This document shows, piece by piece, positions 1 through 12,946 of a DNA stretch of 64,000 bases. The notes beneath the pieces were generated by a model. It made no database searches. It worked only from the letters and a program-made list of their open reading frames with translations, and was not told the origin of the DNA. Numbering within the stretch: position 1 is the stretch's first letter; each line of letters opens with the position of its first letter. Source of the stretch: Intoshia linei (taxonomy: Eukaryota; Animalia; Orthonectida); the NCBI GenBank assembly GCA_001642005.1, contig LWCA01000006.1, positions 43,884 to 107,883 on the forward strand, written 5' to 3'. The position numbers and the translations under genes were made by a program.

Positions 1-284
1 ATTTATTTATGTCTTTATGTGGCAAAACATTTGATATAATTGTTAAATCATCAAGATAAAGCGGAAATTAATTTAAATGTTTTAAATGTAATATGTATAA
101 TAATAAATTGTGTAAAAGAAATGAACAATCTGTTATATAAATATCAATAGGAGAGATTAAAAAAATCACCTTTTTTATCAATATTAATTTAGTATTGTAG
201 ACTATATTCTATGTTTGATATTATAAGACATTTAGGATTATATTTACAATTATTATTAACATTTTTAATCCTTTTTATGATTGA

Positions 285-345
285 CTAGCTTGACAGTTAT
301 GTACATCGTACAAACAGAAGCTAGCTCTGCCGAGGGCCGATTTTT
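285..345 (-). mobile_element. 3' terminus of Helitron-like non-autonomous family (family A)
   Basis: Reverse complement reads ...CCCTCGGCAGAGCTAG..CTGTTTGTACGATGTACATAACTGTCAAGCTAG|T: subterminal hairpin plus CTAG, same end as 56455-56511, 25395-25448, 890-948 and 10693-10750. Confidence 0.7.
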
Positions 346-479
346 TCATTGGGTACAAACACTGAGTGTTAAATTTTAAAAACAATTTAAGTATGGCTAC
401 AAGCGTCATAAATGACATGAAATCTATAAAAAAGTATTAAGGTAGTGTTATTCTACCGCCCTTAATAAATTTTTTAATG

Positions 480-1360
480 TAGAATAGAAATTTTAGTAGA
501 TGAGTACGATTTAAAACTCAATTTAAATTTTGACCCGAATATCAAAAAAACAATGCCATTCTATTCTAACATGAACAATTTAATTAAAACAGAAAAAATA
601 TTTATTTTCAGATTAACAAATTACAATATTTTGTATATTTACTGTTAGTATTTTTATTTTTTGATTATTTTATCTAGGATTTGATAACGATAAATTAGTT
701 AAATAAATATTTACATCTTCACTTACATTTTTATGGTCAAACCCCCAAATTACCCGTTTTTTTAAAAATGAATCAAATCACAGCATTATATGAAACATAC
801 ATTCTGAATAGTTTTTAAAATCATGAGTATTATGATAAATCACAACCTCAAAAACTGAAAATAAATTAAAAAATAAGACTTAAAATTAAAAAGTGACCCT
901 CGACCTAGCTAACTGTTGTTTGTACAAAATATATAGCAGTCAAGCTAGTATTGTACAAAATGAACATTAAATTAATCTAAAGTTTTCATAATTCCAACAA
1001 ATTCGTGAAATTTTCCAGGCAAATTTTCCACCAAAAATTTCGTCAGACCCCACAATTGAGGCCTAGGCCTCAAGGTTAGGAAACACTGATCTAAATGAAT
1101 ACGATATTAACTAGATAAGTACGATTGAAAACTAATTTTTAATTATTAACAAATTTGCTTTAAATATAAAATATGTTATGCCTAAAAACCAAAAAAAATT
1201 ACGACACCACCTTAATATCAACAATTAAATTAAAACAGACAAAATATTTATTTATAACTAACATTTGTATATTTGATAATAATTTAATTTTCTTATTTTT
1301 ATTTTTGGATTCATTTTTCTTGGGTTTTATAATGATAGATTAGTCAATGAATATTTATAT
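480..1360 (+). repeat. Two diverged direct copies of a ~240-bp segment (~480-720 and ~1110-1360)
   Basis: agatgagtacgatttaaaact / agataagtacgattgaaaact and acaatttaattaaaacagaaaaaatatttatt / acaattaaattaaaacagacaaaatatttatt; a family A fragment lies between them. Confidence 0.6.
715..948 (+). mobile_element. Helitron-like family A fragment with 3' end
   Basis: Internal motif ggtcaaacccccaaattaccc shared with other copies; ends ...ttgtacaaaatatatagcagtcaagCTAG|T. Confidence 0.65.
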
Positions 1361-1535
1361 AGTCTTTTATTTTATTTTATTTTTTTAAATAAGCATATAT
1401 ATTGATGTAATTTTTATCACATCAGGTTAATTTTCTAAATTATTCATATTATATTTAGCTCCAAAATAGATAAACGTCAAGAATTTAATTTTTAGATTAT
1501 TTAAATAAATATTTAGTCTTTTAGTTTATTTTTTT

Positions 1536-1715
1536 ACACCTGTAAATTTTTTTAAATTCTAGAGATGTTTTCATTAAAAACAGAACGGTAACTTGTGGTT
1601 TTGGCCCTGAAAATATAATTTTTTTAAATTTACATTTATGGTAATGTTTATGATTTTAAAATCCGCATCAGCTTATATATTTTTTTAAATTCTCCAACAC
1701 GTTTGATTTTCAATA
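1536..1715 (-). mobile_element. Helitron-like family A internal fragment
   Basis: Near-identical to 17898-18070 (acctgtaaatttt...aaattctccaac). Confidence 0.7.
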
Positions 1716-3992
1716 CTTAAATAGGTCTAGATTTTAGAATTTATTATAATAGCATTCTAGGTATAATTATACTTAGACTTTAAGTATAAAAAAATAATAA
1801 GTCTAATATTTACTACATAAAAATTGTAGTTTCATACATTTCAAACTACAATTACAAGTCTGTACAAATAATTTGTATTAAATTTGTAACGGCTAAAATT
1901 TTTGACACAGTATGTGCTAAAATTCTGGAATAGTAAAGCAGATGTAATTGGTTATATTTGTATAACGTTTATATAATGACATACTGTTTAGCGTAATAAA
2001 TTAGTAATAACACTTCAATATGCCTTTCAAGGATGTAGTATGCGGTGCAACAAAGAGAATTTAGCTTAGTCTTCATTTGTTGATTATGGATCATTTCAAC
2101 GTTCAATTAATGAACTACAAAAATTGGTTAATTGGATGATAACTACAGTGTAAAAATCTTGTAATGTGCTAATAAGCAAAATGCATGGTCTTTATAATTA
2201 ATATTTGAGAATTTTCATTTTATAATAATTAATCTTACAATCGTTACGAAAATGAAAGTTAAATCAAAACGTAAAATATTTAAAAAAGCAAGTGCGGAAA
2301 AATGTAATTATTTTAAAAATTATTCATTTCTAACTCGGTGTACTCACTAACCTTAAAAAACAAAGTTTTTTAAGTTAATATAAATTTAAAATTAACTATG
2401 TTTAGGTTCGTGTTACTTTTAACTTGGGGTAAACGATGGAATTACAATTAATTGTACTATTATTTGTTAAATATTAATTACTGTTAAGATACAGTAGTAA
2501 CTTAACTTATTAACCATTTCGTAACGGATATATTACATGATGTACTATGAAATAATTTTTGAAAATGTATCCTTATCTTTTCAGTATATCATCGTCTCTA
2601 TGTCGTCAGAATAGAATAAAAAAATGGTTCTTGCAAAAAGATTGCAGAATTAAATTCTCTAATGAAATTGTCTAAACTTCCTCAGTACAGTGGACCTTCG
2701 ATTATACGTATAGTAAGTTTAAAATTTTTTCTAAAACAATTGTAAATGACTGAAAAGAAATGGCACAATAAAAATAATTTTACTGTACTTGTAACTATGG
2801 CGACACAACTTCACATTGTAAAATAGGAAATATGCCAGGTTGGAAAACCCCAAAAATGTAACAAAATAGATATTTACAGAATTATAAAATTTGTTTGACT
2901 GTGAAGACGTTTATTTCAGAAGAGAGGTAATGAAAATTAAATTTCTTTCTGATTGTTTGACTTAGATTTAAAGAATAACTAATTATGTACCGATAAACCC
3001 CTAATTTAAGTTAGTGAGGAAAAAAAATACGTTTAATTAAATTTATATACAGCAATGTTACAGCAAATTTGAAGCAAAAAAACATTTGCTATTATAAATA
3101 TATAATTTTAGCGCACAAATTAAACTTCAAATAAACTAAAATTGATTGTATGTATTTATTTTGAGTTACACTATAAAGTTTACGAGTGATGGCAAAAGGT
3201 GTTATTGCAAATTGCAATACAATGTGTATTACACACTAAACGTATATTTCAACTCACAGTAATTAAATTTACAAGAAATAAATTCCATGAGTAAACAAAG
3301 TTCACCTGCGTTTCATTAAAATTTAAAAATTTACAAAAACTTTTTGAAAAATGTTATTCATTTTTACATTCAATTTTTGTAATTATTTTTTAACTGAAAT
3401 TATTTCAAAATGTATATCCATGCAGCTTTAAATGAAGGATAAAAATAAATTTTTTTTTAAAAAAGAATAATAGCTGTAAATAAAAACTAGCACGTCTCAA
3501 TCTTATTAATTTAAATGGATCTAATTTTGACTCTATAAAAGTTTTACAAGACTTGTCTACAAGAAAACTAAATTTTAAGTCAAATCATTATTTGTATTAG
3601 TAACATTGGTAATTAGATAAAGATTTAATTTAACCATTCAGTTGGTACATAATTATAAAATATTGTAAAGGATTGTTACTAATAAACTTAATATTGTGTT
3701 GGATTGATACTTTTATAGCACAATTTTGTATTGGATTGTTACCATTTAAACTGAATCTACATAAATTTAAACATAATAGTCTGCATAATTCTTATCATTT
3801 CTGCATTTGCTATATATTTTTCATTCTATATCTTTGTACATAACAAACGTTTCTTTTTTTACAGCTTTGAAAACCACCAATGTATTATTTTTAATATTTA
3901 TTAAATTTATTAAAACAAATGGAATTGAGTTATAGTGAGTTTACCGAGTTTAATTTAAATGAATGCACAGTTTAATTATTTTAATTTCAGTT

Positions 3993-5898
3993 ATGTCGGC
4001 AATGTTAAAACCTTCACCACAAACTGTATCCCTTGAAAGAAACCACATGTCGAATCTTCGACTGAATAAAAATGAGAACATTAAATTTAATGGAATTTCT
4101 GATAACTTTAGTATTGAAGAAGCTAAAGCCAAACTAGAAAATGTTTATGATAGAGAAACAAAAGTAAGGCTAATTTATTTAACGTTTTCGTGTTTTGGGT
4201 AAAATTTATGTAATTTTTTTAAGATTTGAATTTATTAATTTATTTGACATACTAATATATTATTGTAAGATGATAAAATCAATTAATGTTGTCAAGGAAG
4301 TTATCAATAAATTAGAAAATTGCAGAATTAGCAAATTGGAATTAGAGGTATGTTTCAGGATTATAAAAACATTTTAAAATAAAAAAACAATCAAATTTAT
4401 TATTTATTTATAGAGAACGTTAATAGGACGATTGTTAAATGAAGTTCGCAAGAGTATTACTGACGTGGAAACAGCAAAAAGAACAAAGTCATTGATTAAA
4501 CAATGGCAAAATGTTATTGCTGGTAAGTCAACACCCAAAATTAGTACAAATCAAAACGGCAAATCTACCAAAATAGCTAATTTACCACAAGAATTACCTA
4601 AACGTCCCTCTTTAAAAATAAAAATAAAACCATTACTAAAAAAAAATAATGAGAATCCCAATGTAAATATAAATAATACGGATTTGTATCAAAAAAAAGT
4701 TAAAACTACCATGGAACTTATGGGTTCCTTGAAGAGGAGTGGAGATTTAAGAATAAACAAGAGCAGTTCAGTTAAAAAAATTAAATATGATATTGACAAG
4801 AAATGTGTAGAGCCGATAAATTATGCTCTATTGGCTAATAAGCGTATTAAAAAGGTTAAAAAACCTAAGAATGGAAAAAGTATAGATAAAATGGATGATT
4901 ACAGCGAAATATCCATTAGTACCAATGTTGAAACTCTAACGAACGTTTCTTCACCGCCAGAACCAGAACTTAATGTTGAGATGAAAGATGTATGCTTTTC
5001 AGTTAATAATATTGAGCCGGTATCAGAACCAGTTTCCGTCGTAACTACACTGTTTAAACCAGAAATTATCGAAAAATTAATAGTCACTCCAAAAATTATA
5101 GAAAAACCAATTGTATACAGAACATTACCTACTATGAAATTTTTAAATGAAATGGATAGTAAAAGAGCAAAAGAAAATAAACCCATTTTTGAAAGGTCTA
5201 AAAAAATGTTTGCTAATTTAGACATTGAATATAAAGATACTGATCCCATGAAAGAACTAGATTTATCAAAAATCAATATTAACGATGAGGGTTCCGATGA
5301 CAAGTATTATACCATCGACATCCATAGGCAATTTACTCACGATGGTCGTCGTGTTTCACCTGTTCGAATTCCAAAAGATAGATTTAAACTGAACGTTCCC
5401 ACGAAACAGACGTCCATGAGAAACGTGAAAAACTCAGTTGATTTAGTTTCTAGAGTAAATTATTATACTAGCCTCTTTACTCCCACTGATGTAAGTATAT
5501 CAGAATCTTTGAATGATACTAGTTCTACATTAACTGCTTTATCTGCAAAGTTTGAAGCAACTGTGGTTACTCCTGGTACACCATTAATTTCTCATGTTGC
5601 CATAATTCCTCCTACAATTAGCCTTGAAACAAAAAATTTTTATCTTAACTATGAGAATATAGTTAAATTGCCACCCACCACTGTCACGTACGAAAGTGAA
5701 AAGTCTATTCATCCCAAAAATTGGACGGACGATGATAAAAAATTTTGTAAAGACATTTCACATCGTTATTTAAACACTGAATGGGAAGGTATGAACGGTA
5801 TTAGCATGGATGGAAAATTTACTCGCTGGACGGAAAAAATATACACCACATCTTATGATGGTTATCCTATGGTACTGAAACCTTATGTTGAAAAATAA
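3993..5898 (+). CDS. MED26: Mediator subunit 26 (3 exons: ~3993-4163, 4270-4347, 4414-5898; start codon uncertain)
   Basis: Spliced N-terminus SIEEAKAKLENVYD..VVKEVINKLENCRISKLELERTLIGRLLNEVRK..AKRTKSLIKQWQ matches the TFIIS-N/LW domain; C-terminus WEGMNG..DGKFTRWTE..MVLKPYV matches Med26_C; GT-AG introns keep frame. Confidence 0.88.
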
Positions 5899-6382
5899 TT
5901 TCAATTAAAATTTTACAATTATTGTATATAACTAAAAGTTATAATTGTTAATTTTGTAAATAAAATATATTGTAAAGTTCGTTTGTATTTTATGATTGGT
6001 CAACATTTAACCCCGGTGCTGGTTTACACTAATAAAACATTAAAATTTCCGCCATTAAAATTAAAATTTGTTTTTTTAGTGTTTACCTAGCTATGACTGT
6101 CATATTGTTAAATATATAATTTAAATTTTATCTAAAAAATTTTTAAAACAGTTACCTGCAGTACACACCTAAAATAAAATAAATTTGTTGAAATCAAAAT
6201 CTTTCTTCACGAATCTTATCTTGTATGAAACAGAATTTAAAAGTACTCATACGAATGAACTGAGTACGAAATGATTTACGTCTACATCAAGCGTAATTAA
6301 TAAATTAAAAATGGATTACAAAATAAAAATGTTAACAATGTAAGTTTATAATATTAACAAAAAATATTTTTGATTCATGATT

Positions 6383-6929
6383 TTACACCACCATGCTTTT
6401 TAAATTTGTTTTGTGAAATCGTTGTTCATATATTCCCAATGTTTGGTCAAACCGTTATCCCTTCTCGTCCGAGAAAGCACCCCAATATCGTACAAATAAA
6501 TTAGCATGAGAATTATAATCAAATTATATTTATATAAACACTTTGATTCATCTTGATCACTCATTTTATAATCAGTGTCTTCCACTGTAGGTGCATATTC
6601 ATATATAAAAATATTTCCATACATTTTCACCTTTTTAAGTGTAATTTTAGATGAAAGCGTACCAGGATAATTGCGCAGTTTAAATTTTTTTATTCAATAA
6701 CTTCGCTTGACAAAAATAGCATTCTTCTGGATGATACTTGGGTGTAGTCCAAATGTGTGGTAATTCAAACATAGGTTTTTCTTTTCTCAATGTCGTACAG
6801 CCACATAAATTTAGGCGTCCAAATGTGATCTGTTACATCAATTGAAAAATCACATTGGTAGAATTTTAAATTTTCATTTATTGCATATGATTTTTTTGAT
6901 TTAACTAAATAAATACCACAAGTGAAGAT
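6383..6929 (-). pseudogene. Internally deleted, frameshifted Chapaev3-like (CMC superfamily) transposase relic
   Basis: Minus-strand frames give FTCGIYLVKSKKSY..DHIWTPKFM / CTTLRKEKPMFELPHIWTTPKYHPEECYFC / YPGTLSS and NSHANLFVRYWGAFSDEKG*RFDQTLGIYEQRF, resembling Chapaev3 N-terminal (WAP..C..PxIWREP..CYFC) and C-terminal (GAVSDExGERFHQD) motifs from memory. Confidence 0.72.
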
Positions 6930-7009
6930 TCGGTTAATTATTGATACATAATTGTTATTTTTAAGTATTTAGTAAATTGGTACTGAATATATGTCATCAC
7001 ATTGAAAAT

Positions 7010-7382
7010 GACAAAATAGGTTTTTATAATTTTATTTTTTCTGGAATTTATGCTATTTATGACAATTTTTAGGATTGGACTGTTTTTACTTTATTTTTAA
7101 TATTATAGACATATTCTGTCTAATAAATTAAAAAAATGGGATAACAATTGTTTTTAAATTTCTTGACGCAAATGTTAACAAACAAAAAATTAAGGTGGAA
7201 TAATTCACTTTAAAGTAAAAAGTAATGTGATATGATGATTCCACCTGAAAAAAATTTATAATATTAAATAGTAGGATTTTTTAGTTAGATTTTCAACGTG
7301 AATTTATTTTTTAAGTATAATAAAAATGTTCCCTTGGCAAAGCTAAATCCTGTTTGTACATATTACATAACAGTTAACCTGG
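7010..7382 (+). mobile_element. Helitron-like family A 3' portion
   Basis: Contains gttagattttcaacgtgaatttatttttt and a degenerate hairpin end (CTGG); inverted match to 10693-11070. Confidence 0.6.
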
Positions 7383-7458
7383 TGTTTATATATAAATAAT
7401 GAAACAAAAATAAATATCAACTGATAAGTTGATAAATTGATTATTGACACAAATAAAA

Positions 7459-10400
7459 ATGTTGATACAAATAGATACATCTCCGTTAAAAACTGAATTA
7501 ATAACCTTGGAAGTTGATGCTAGTGTCTTGGTACTATTTATATTTTATTTCATAGAGTAAATAAATGTGTTATCATAAACGAACCAAAAAATATATAAAG
7601 CCATAACATGTGGTATTCACCAATAATGGTAAATTAACGTAGAAACACATTTAATTAAATTATTGTATTCTACTTACAGAAGATTATTAAACTTGTGATT
7701 AAAATATATCTTAAATTTAAATCATACATTCTGAATGCAAATAAAAATGATTCATTGTAGATATCAAAAATGGAAATCAATGTAAATCAACTATTTCCCA
7801 GTTCAGCCAGACGTACCCATATATAAAACAATACTTGACCATTTAGTGCAAGATTATGGTTTCTATTATATGAAACAGGGCTCTTCGGAAAAAAAGTGGT
7901 TGAATCGTGATAAAAAATTGAATTATTACAATACCGATAAAGAGGTAATTATTTCGAATAATCATGCCATGTAATAAATAAATATTTTGATTTTGAAAGT
8001 TTAGATTTTATATTATAAATGCAAAGTTTTCCCTATAGACATATCTGTCGCTTCAAATATACAAAAAGTCGTGGCCGTAAATGTTTCAGAGACATTGCAA
8101 TCCCAAATGAAGAAAATTTGCGAACTTTTTGGTACATAATAATAAAAAATATGATTCATTAAACTTTTACTATCAGAAATAACCAATTATCATGAATATG
8201 GTTTATTTCCCAAAAATTGTTCGTCAAACAAAACTAATCGAGATTTAACTTTGATTAAGGGGAAATGCAAGAAAGGTAAACTGGACAAAGCTCAAATAAA
8301 AGAAGAATCAATTATATCTCATCTCCAAGAACAATTAAAAACTGATGATATTGGTATCTTGTATTTTGTAAAAAAGTGTGGTTTATATCAACGACTACTG
8401 TATTCTCAATTTTAAAAAAAAACCTTTATAAAATTTCGATTAAAATTAAATAAATGTTATTTATGCACTAAATAACATTTTAGAGTAACAGACTAATACT
8501 GTTAAATAGATTTCTACCACTAAATTTAGCCATTTAGTACTCATAAAAATTAAACGTATTTTAGTGTCTTGGTTAGATGCAAATAAAGTAACAAGCAACG
8601 TGTTAGGAAACAACCATTCCTTGATATTGAAACGCCGCTTCTTTTACAGTAACGTAAAATGTCGCGTTGAAAATAAAACGGAAAATTATATATTATACAA
8701 CGAAATTAAAAATGATATTATAACATCGAAACTATTAGTGGATTTTAATGAATCTGTTCGATTAGCTTCATATCAAATTCTATCAGATTCTCTTACTGTC
8801 AACACATCAAAACAAAAAATTACACCCGAAACGTAATATTAACAAATAAATAAAATATTAAATAGCATCTATAATAAATATAATTATACCATATCAAATT
8901 AACTTCACTTTCCGAAATTAGGTACACACGATCAATAACCGTTATTCATAAAAAAGAAATGATATTTTTAGATATTGAGTCAAGTCCAATAGTGTTCCAG
9001 GTAATCTTTTCTGATAGAGGACGGAATAATTATTTAATTAGGGTGGTTAAAAATGTTTTATTTTAAATAATAATTAATAAGAATTAAATTGTTGTAAAAA
9101 AAATCCGGCGTCAGTCTACCCTGGAGGGGAAATTAGTTTAGGATGTGTTAGTTTGGTTAAGGTTCTGATCGATATTATTCTATTTGAGTTATTAATCCTT
9201 AATTTAGTCTTAAATTAATATTGCCTTTGGAATTCCGAAAATTAAAAAAAATTGCAAAAGCTATATTATCGGTAATTTGACCATACAAGCACAATTGTAC
9301 ATTGTAAAATTTACTTTTATGTACAGTATAGTGTAGTATTCAATTATTACAGTTAACTAAAAGGCAATGATGCTACCAGCATTTATACCTAAGGAATTCA
9401 AAGGACTCAAGCAGAGCTGAATCTCTTAAGTTCGAAGTTAGCAAAAAATGAAAAATTTTTCCCCAAATCATGCGTAATCATATAGTCCAGCCATTCTCAA
9501 CGTGGTTTATGTGGGCCCCTTGGGGTCCACAGCACTTTTTTGGGGGTCCATGATAATTATATACATTTATTACATATTATAGACATTTTCAGTAACATAA
9601 AGGCTCAGAAATACTAATATAAAACGTGCAAATCATGAAAAGTAAATTATTTGGTATTAAATTATATTACTTACAAGTGTAAAAACTTATTGGGAAACCT
9701 CCATTGTTCTATTTTAGGAGCAGCGTTTTTATTTAATTATTTTATTAAAATTTATCACCGAGTCAAGTTTCTAGTCATAAAAAAAGCTTTAAATTTCAAA
9801 TTGAAAATATACAAAAAATCAGTCAATATTCATGATTCTATGAAACATTAATCAAGGGATATAAAATAATAATTATTCACAGGGATGATAGATAATATAG
9901 ACTTTTTATTGATCTGATACAATATGTAGTAAACAATTAATAATGTACTGTAAACAATACCTGAAAAACATGTTCCATATTGGGAACATTGACTGGTTAA
10001 AGATTAATATTAATAGTTCAAGTTTATCACCTCGCAAAAATAGAGTACTCCATGTCTTTTGACCATCATGCGTTTCATCCAAATCTAATGATTCATTAAA
10101 AATTGTCATTATTATTAATTTTTTTGGGGGTCCACAGCGAAAAAGGGTTGAGAATGCCTGATATAGTCTAGCTAGTAGCTACCTCTACAGGAATCTTGAC
10201 TTGACATGTCAAATTTAACATACAAAATAGTTATGATATTAAGGAATATAATTTGTTAATGTTTACGTTGGAAAACTTGGGCCACTATTTTATAAATATT
10301 ACAGTATATTAACATGCTTATTAAACCCTTCGTATGTCACAACTTATTCAATCATGCTATTTACGATTTTTGGTGGAAGGGACTCATAAATAATTTTACA

Positions 10401-12880
10401 TGATTGGAGGGTCGTGGAATTAAACATTGAAGAACCACAAGAGTGTACTATTTTAATAAAAATAAATTTAGGCGTATAGCGATCTAAGCATATCACCTGA
10501 TGAAGCTCGGACAAAATATATTTTATTTGCTGAACAACTCAAAACGTATGGATTTTCAGTATTTTTAGTTCAGGTACTTTTAAATTGTCATATAGAAGAT
10601 CAGGGTTATCAATTGTGGGTGAATCGTTCCCTTGGGCCGATTTTTTATACTATTTCAGAAATTTAATTTTTTTAAGTTTAAAAAATTATATACTAGCTTG
10701 ACTGTTATGTACTTCGTACAAACAACATCCTAGTTTTGCCGAGGGCAAACTTTTTTAATTTTACCAAAAAAATAAATTCAATAATAAAATTTAATTAAAA
10801 ATGCGACACTCACTATTATCAATCCTTTAAAGGAGTGGATCCTAGACTTTAATTTTACATTACCTTTTAATTTAAAATGAATTATTCCCATTTAATTTTA
10901 TTTGGTTAGCATTTTTGTATAGAATTTTAAAAACAATTTTGTGATCCCATTTATTCAATTTATTAGAAATAATGAGTGTATAATCTTAAAAATAAAGCCA
11001 AAATAGTAAATCCAAAAAATTTTCAAAATAGATTAAATTCCATAAAAAATAAAATTGTAAATAAACCGGTATATTTAGTATCTGCTTTCGATGAGTAAAA
11101 AATATCAATTTTGTATCAATAATTAAAGGAATCAACACTTTAAAAAGATATTTCGGATGAATCTTACTAACATTGCCAAGCATTATAATAAATACAAAAA
11201 TGATAATAACAAAGTTGTATTTGGTTGTTGTGGTTAAACTAAAATTTCGTGAAATGTTTTGAAAATGAGTATTTGAGATTAAAATTGAAGCCTTCAAAAT
11301 GAAAAATAGGCATTAAAAAATTTTACAAGCGATTCGTAGCGCCATATAACCCCAGCCGCATCTACAAGCCTCTTGAGGTAAAATTTTAAATTTGGCACAA
11401 AAAATAGTTACGATATTCAAGAATACAACTTTTTAAAGCTCAATTTGGCAAAATAATGCCACCATTTTACAAAAATTTCGTCGACTCCCGAAGAGGGTCT
11501 TAGGGTATGGGACTGATTTAAATGTGATTAACACTTAAAAGTAGCCATTACTCATATATAACATTTACATGTATCTACCCTTATCAAATCTCCCATTAAT
11601 TTGTTTTAAATCAACAGAATTTTAGAAACACTCAATCCATCGCTTTGTAATCATTTTTTAACATATATAAAATAGCCGATAACTAATGGAAAAAAGTTAA
11701 ACAAGATGGTTCAATTCGGAATTTCAAAGACAGAAATAATAACAATGAATCCGGAAACCAGAGAAGTCATATATATAACATGCAAAAAAAAATTAAATTT
11801 TTAGGTGACAAAAAGATGGTCAATTTTTCGTATACAGAATTATGGATCATCCATTGACATATTTACAATGAATTTTGGGAAAGAAGATTATTTCACAATA
11901 AAGTCAAAAGAATGCGGCCAGATAAAAGATTTAATTAGTCGTTATATTGATCTATATTTAAAGGTTTAAGTTTTAATGAAAATTAAATTAAATATTTATT
12001 ATTATAATAAGATTAAATTTTTAGAAAAAAACTAAATCCAAAAAAACTAAATCAAACCCAAACGCTCAAGTTAAAGCAAAGATATCAAACAATGAAGTCA
12101 ACGCACATGGAGGAATAATTATAAAAAAACAAAATACTAGACTAAATACAATGAAGGTTGATAACCAAAACTTTACAAATCATTTAGAGGTGATATATTT
12201 AAATTGTAATAATCAACCTTGAAATAATTTAGCCAAATTTTTCTCAAGTTATCGATTACGGCCAACATCAAGTTGATTTATCAAATGTTGAGCACGCTTT
12301 GAGTCATGTACGACTAGATGTCTCAAATTATGACATGGGAGAATATAATAATCAATTTGTTGAACAAGAGTTTAAAATGAAATCGTCCATGACTGCTATT
12401 GGAACAACATTAGACAATATTGTAGGGAATATCCATGATTTAGTTCAAACAAAAAAAGATGGAATTGCATGTGTTGAACTCAAAAATGTCATTGTTTCCA
12501 ATGTGTAATTTTATGTGATGACAATTAATCATGTTTTATGTAGAGATATTTTAAACGGAACTTTGGCCAACAACTTCAATCAGTTACCAAAACAAAAAAA
12601 AAGTTTAATTTTTAAACAATGCCAACAATTGATTGTTAGCATCACAGATTTAAAATCGCAAAGTTTAGACTCGTCCACAAAGTAATTTACCGATGAATTT
12701 TTTTAAAAATAATTTAGTATGGAATTTAAAAAATTGGCACAGGAAATTGGAGAATATAGTCAAAATTTGATGGAACAAATCAAAGACTTGAAGTTAGACA
12801 ACAAGACAAAGAGAAAAAATAACGAAATCCATAAAAAAGCTATGGAACTTATAGATACCACCACAAAATATATAAAGTAA
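7459..12880 (+). CDS. TLN: Talin-like protein: FERM head (F0-F3), linker and about one rod bundle (~650 aa, ~14 exons)
   Basis: Stitched exons: MLIQIDTSPLKTELITLEVDASVL; QDYGFYY..KWLNRDKKLNYY; ITNYHEYGL..LQEQLKTDD; SWLD..SLILKRRFFYS..ILYNEIKNDII; EARTKYILFAEQLKTYGFSVFLV; FGISKTEII..ETRE; KRWS..FTMNFG..KECGQIKDLISRYIDLYLKKK, colinear with the talin head; TAA at 12878-12880 followed by AATAAA at 12919. Confidence 0.82.
9488..10160. mobile_element. hAT (Charlie/SPIN-like) deletion derivative in a talin intron
   Basis: TIRs CAGCCATTCTCAAC / GTTGAGAATGCCTG; exact 8-bp TSD ATATAGTC (9480-9487, 10161-10168); subterminal GGGGTCCA motifs; minus ORF SLDLDETHD..LFLRG resembles the hAT SLxLDESTD motif. 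Confidence 0.88.
10693..11070 (-). mobile_element. Helitron-like family A 3' portion in a talin intron
   Basis: A|CTAGcttgactgttatgtacttcgtacaaacaac...gccgagggc is the reverse complement of the family 3' hairpin/CTAG end. Confidence 0.7.
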
Positions 12881-12946
12881 ACTAAACGTGTTCAAAATTT
12901 ACAAATATTACATATTAAAATAAAATTCATGAAATTAGTTTATCTA

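Noticed and set aside
1790-2900. Slightly higher-complexity tract possibly coding
   Set aside because: Stops in the frames examined and no recognisable motif; probably decayed TE.
4899-5303. 134-aa minus ORF and similar antisense ORFs (13383, 16102, 20803, 27292, 40333, 41155, 52409, 54214, 55091)
   Set aside because: Shadows of real genes on the opposite strand or frame; no recognisable motifs.
6400-6630. ORF containing EYAPTVEDTDY, resembling a Ras switch I (YxPTIED)
   Set aside because: No P-loop, DxxG or NKxD nearby; it lies within the Chapaev3-like relic.
8354-8362. GTATCTT donor as a possible U12-type intron
   Set aside because: Does not match GTATCCTT and no TCCTTAAC branch site was seen.
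9366-9420. ATGATG...CTGA in a talin intron as a possible C/D snoRNA
   Set aside because: Imperfect C box, no terminal stem and no identifiable rRNA guide; expected by chance.
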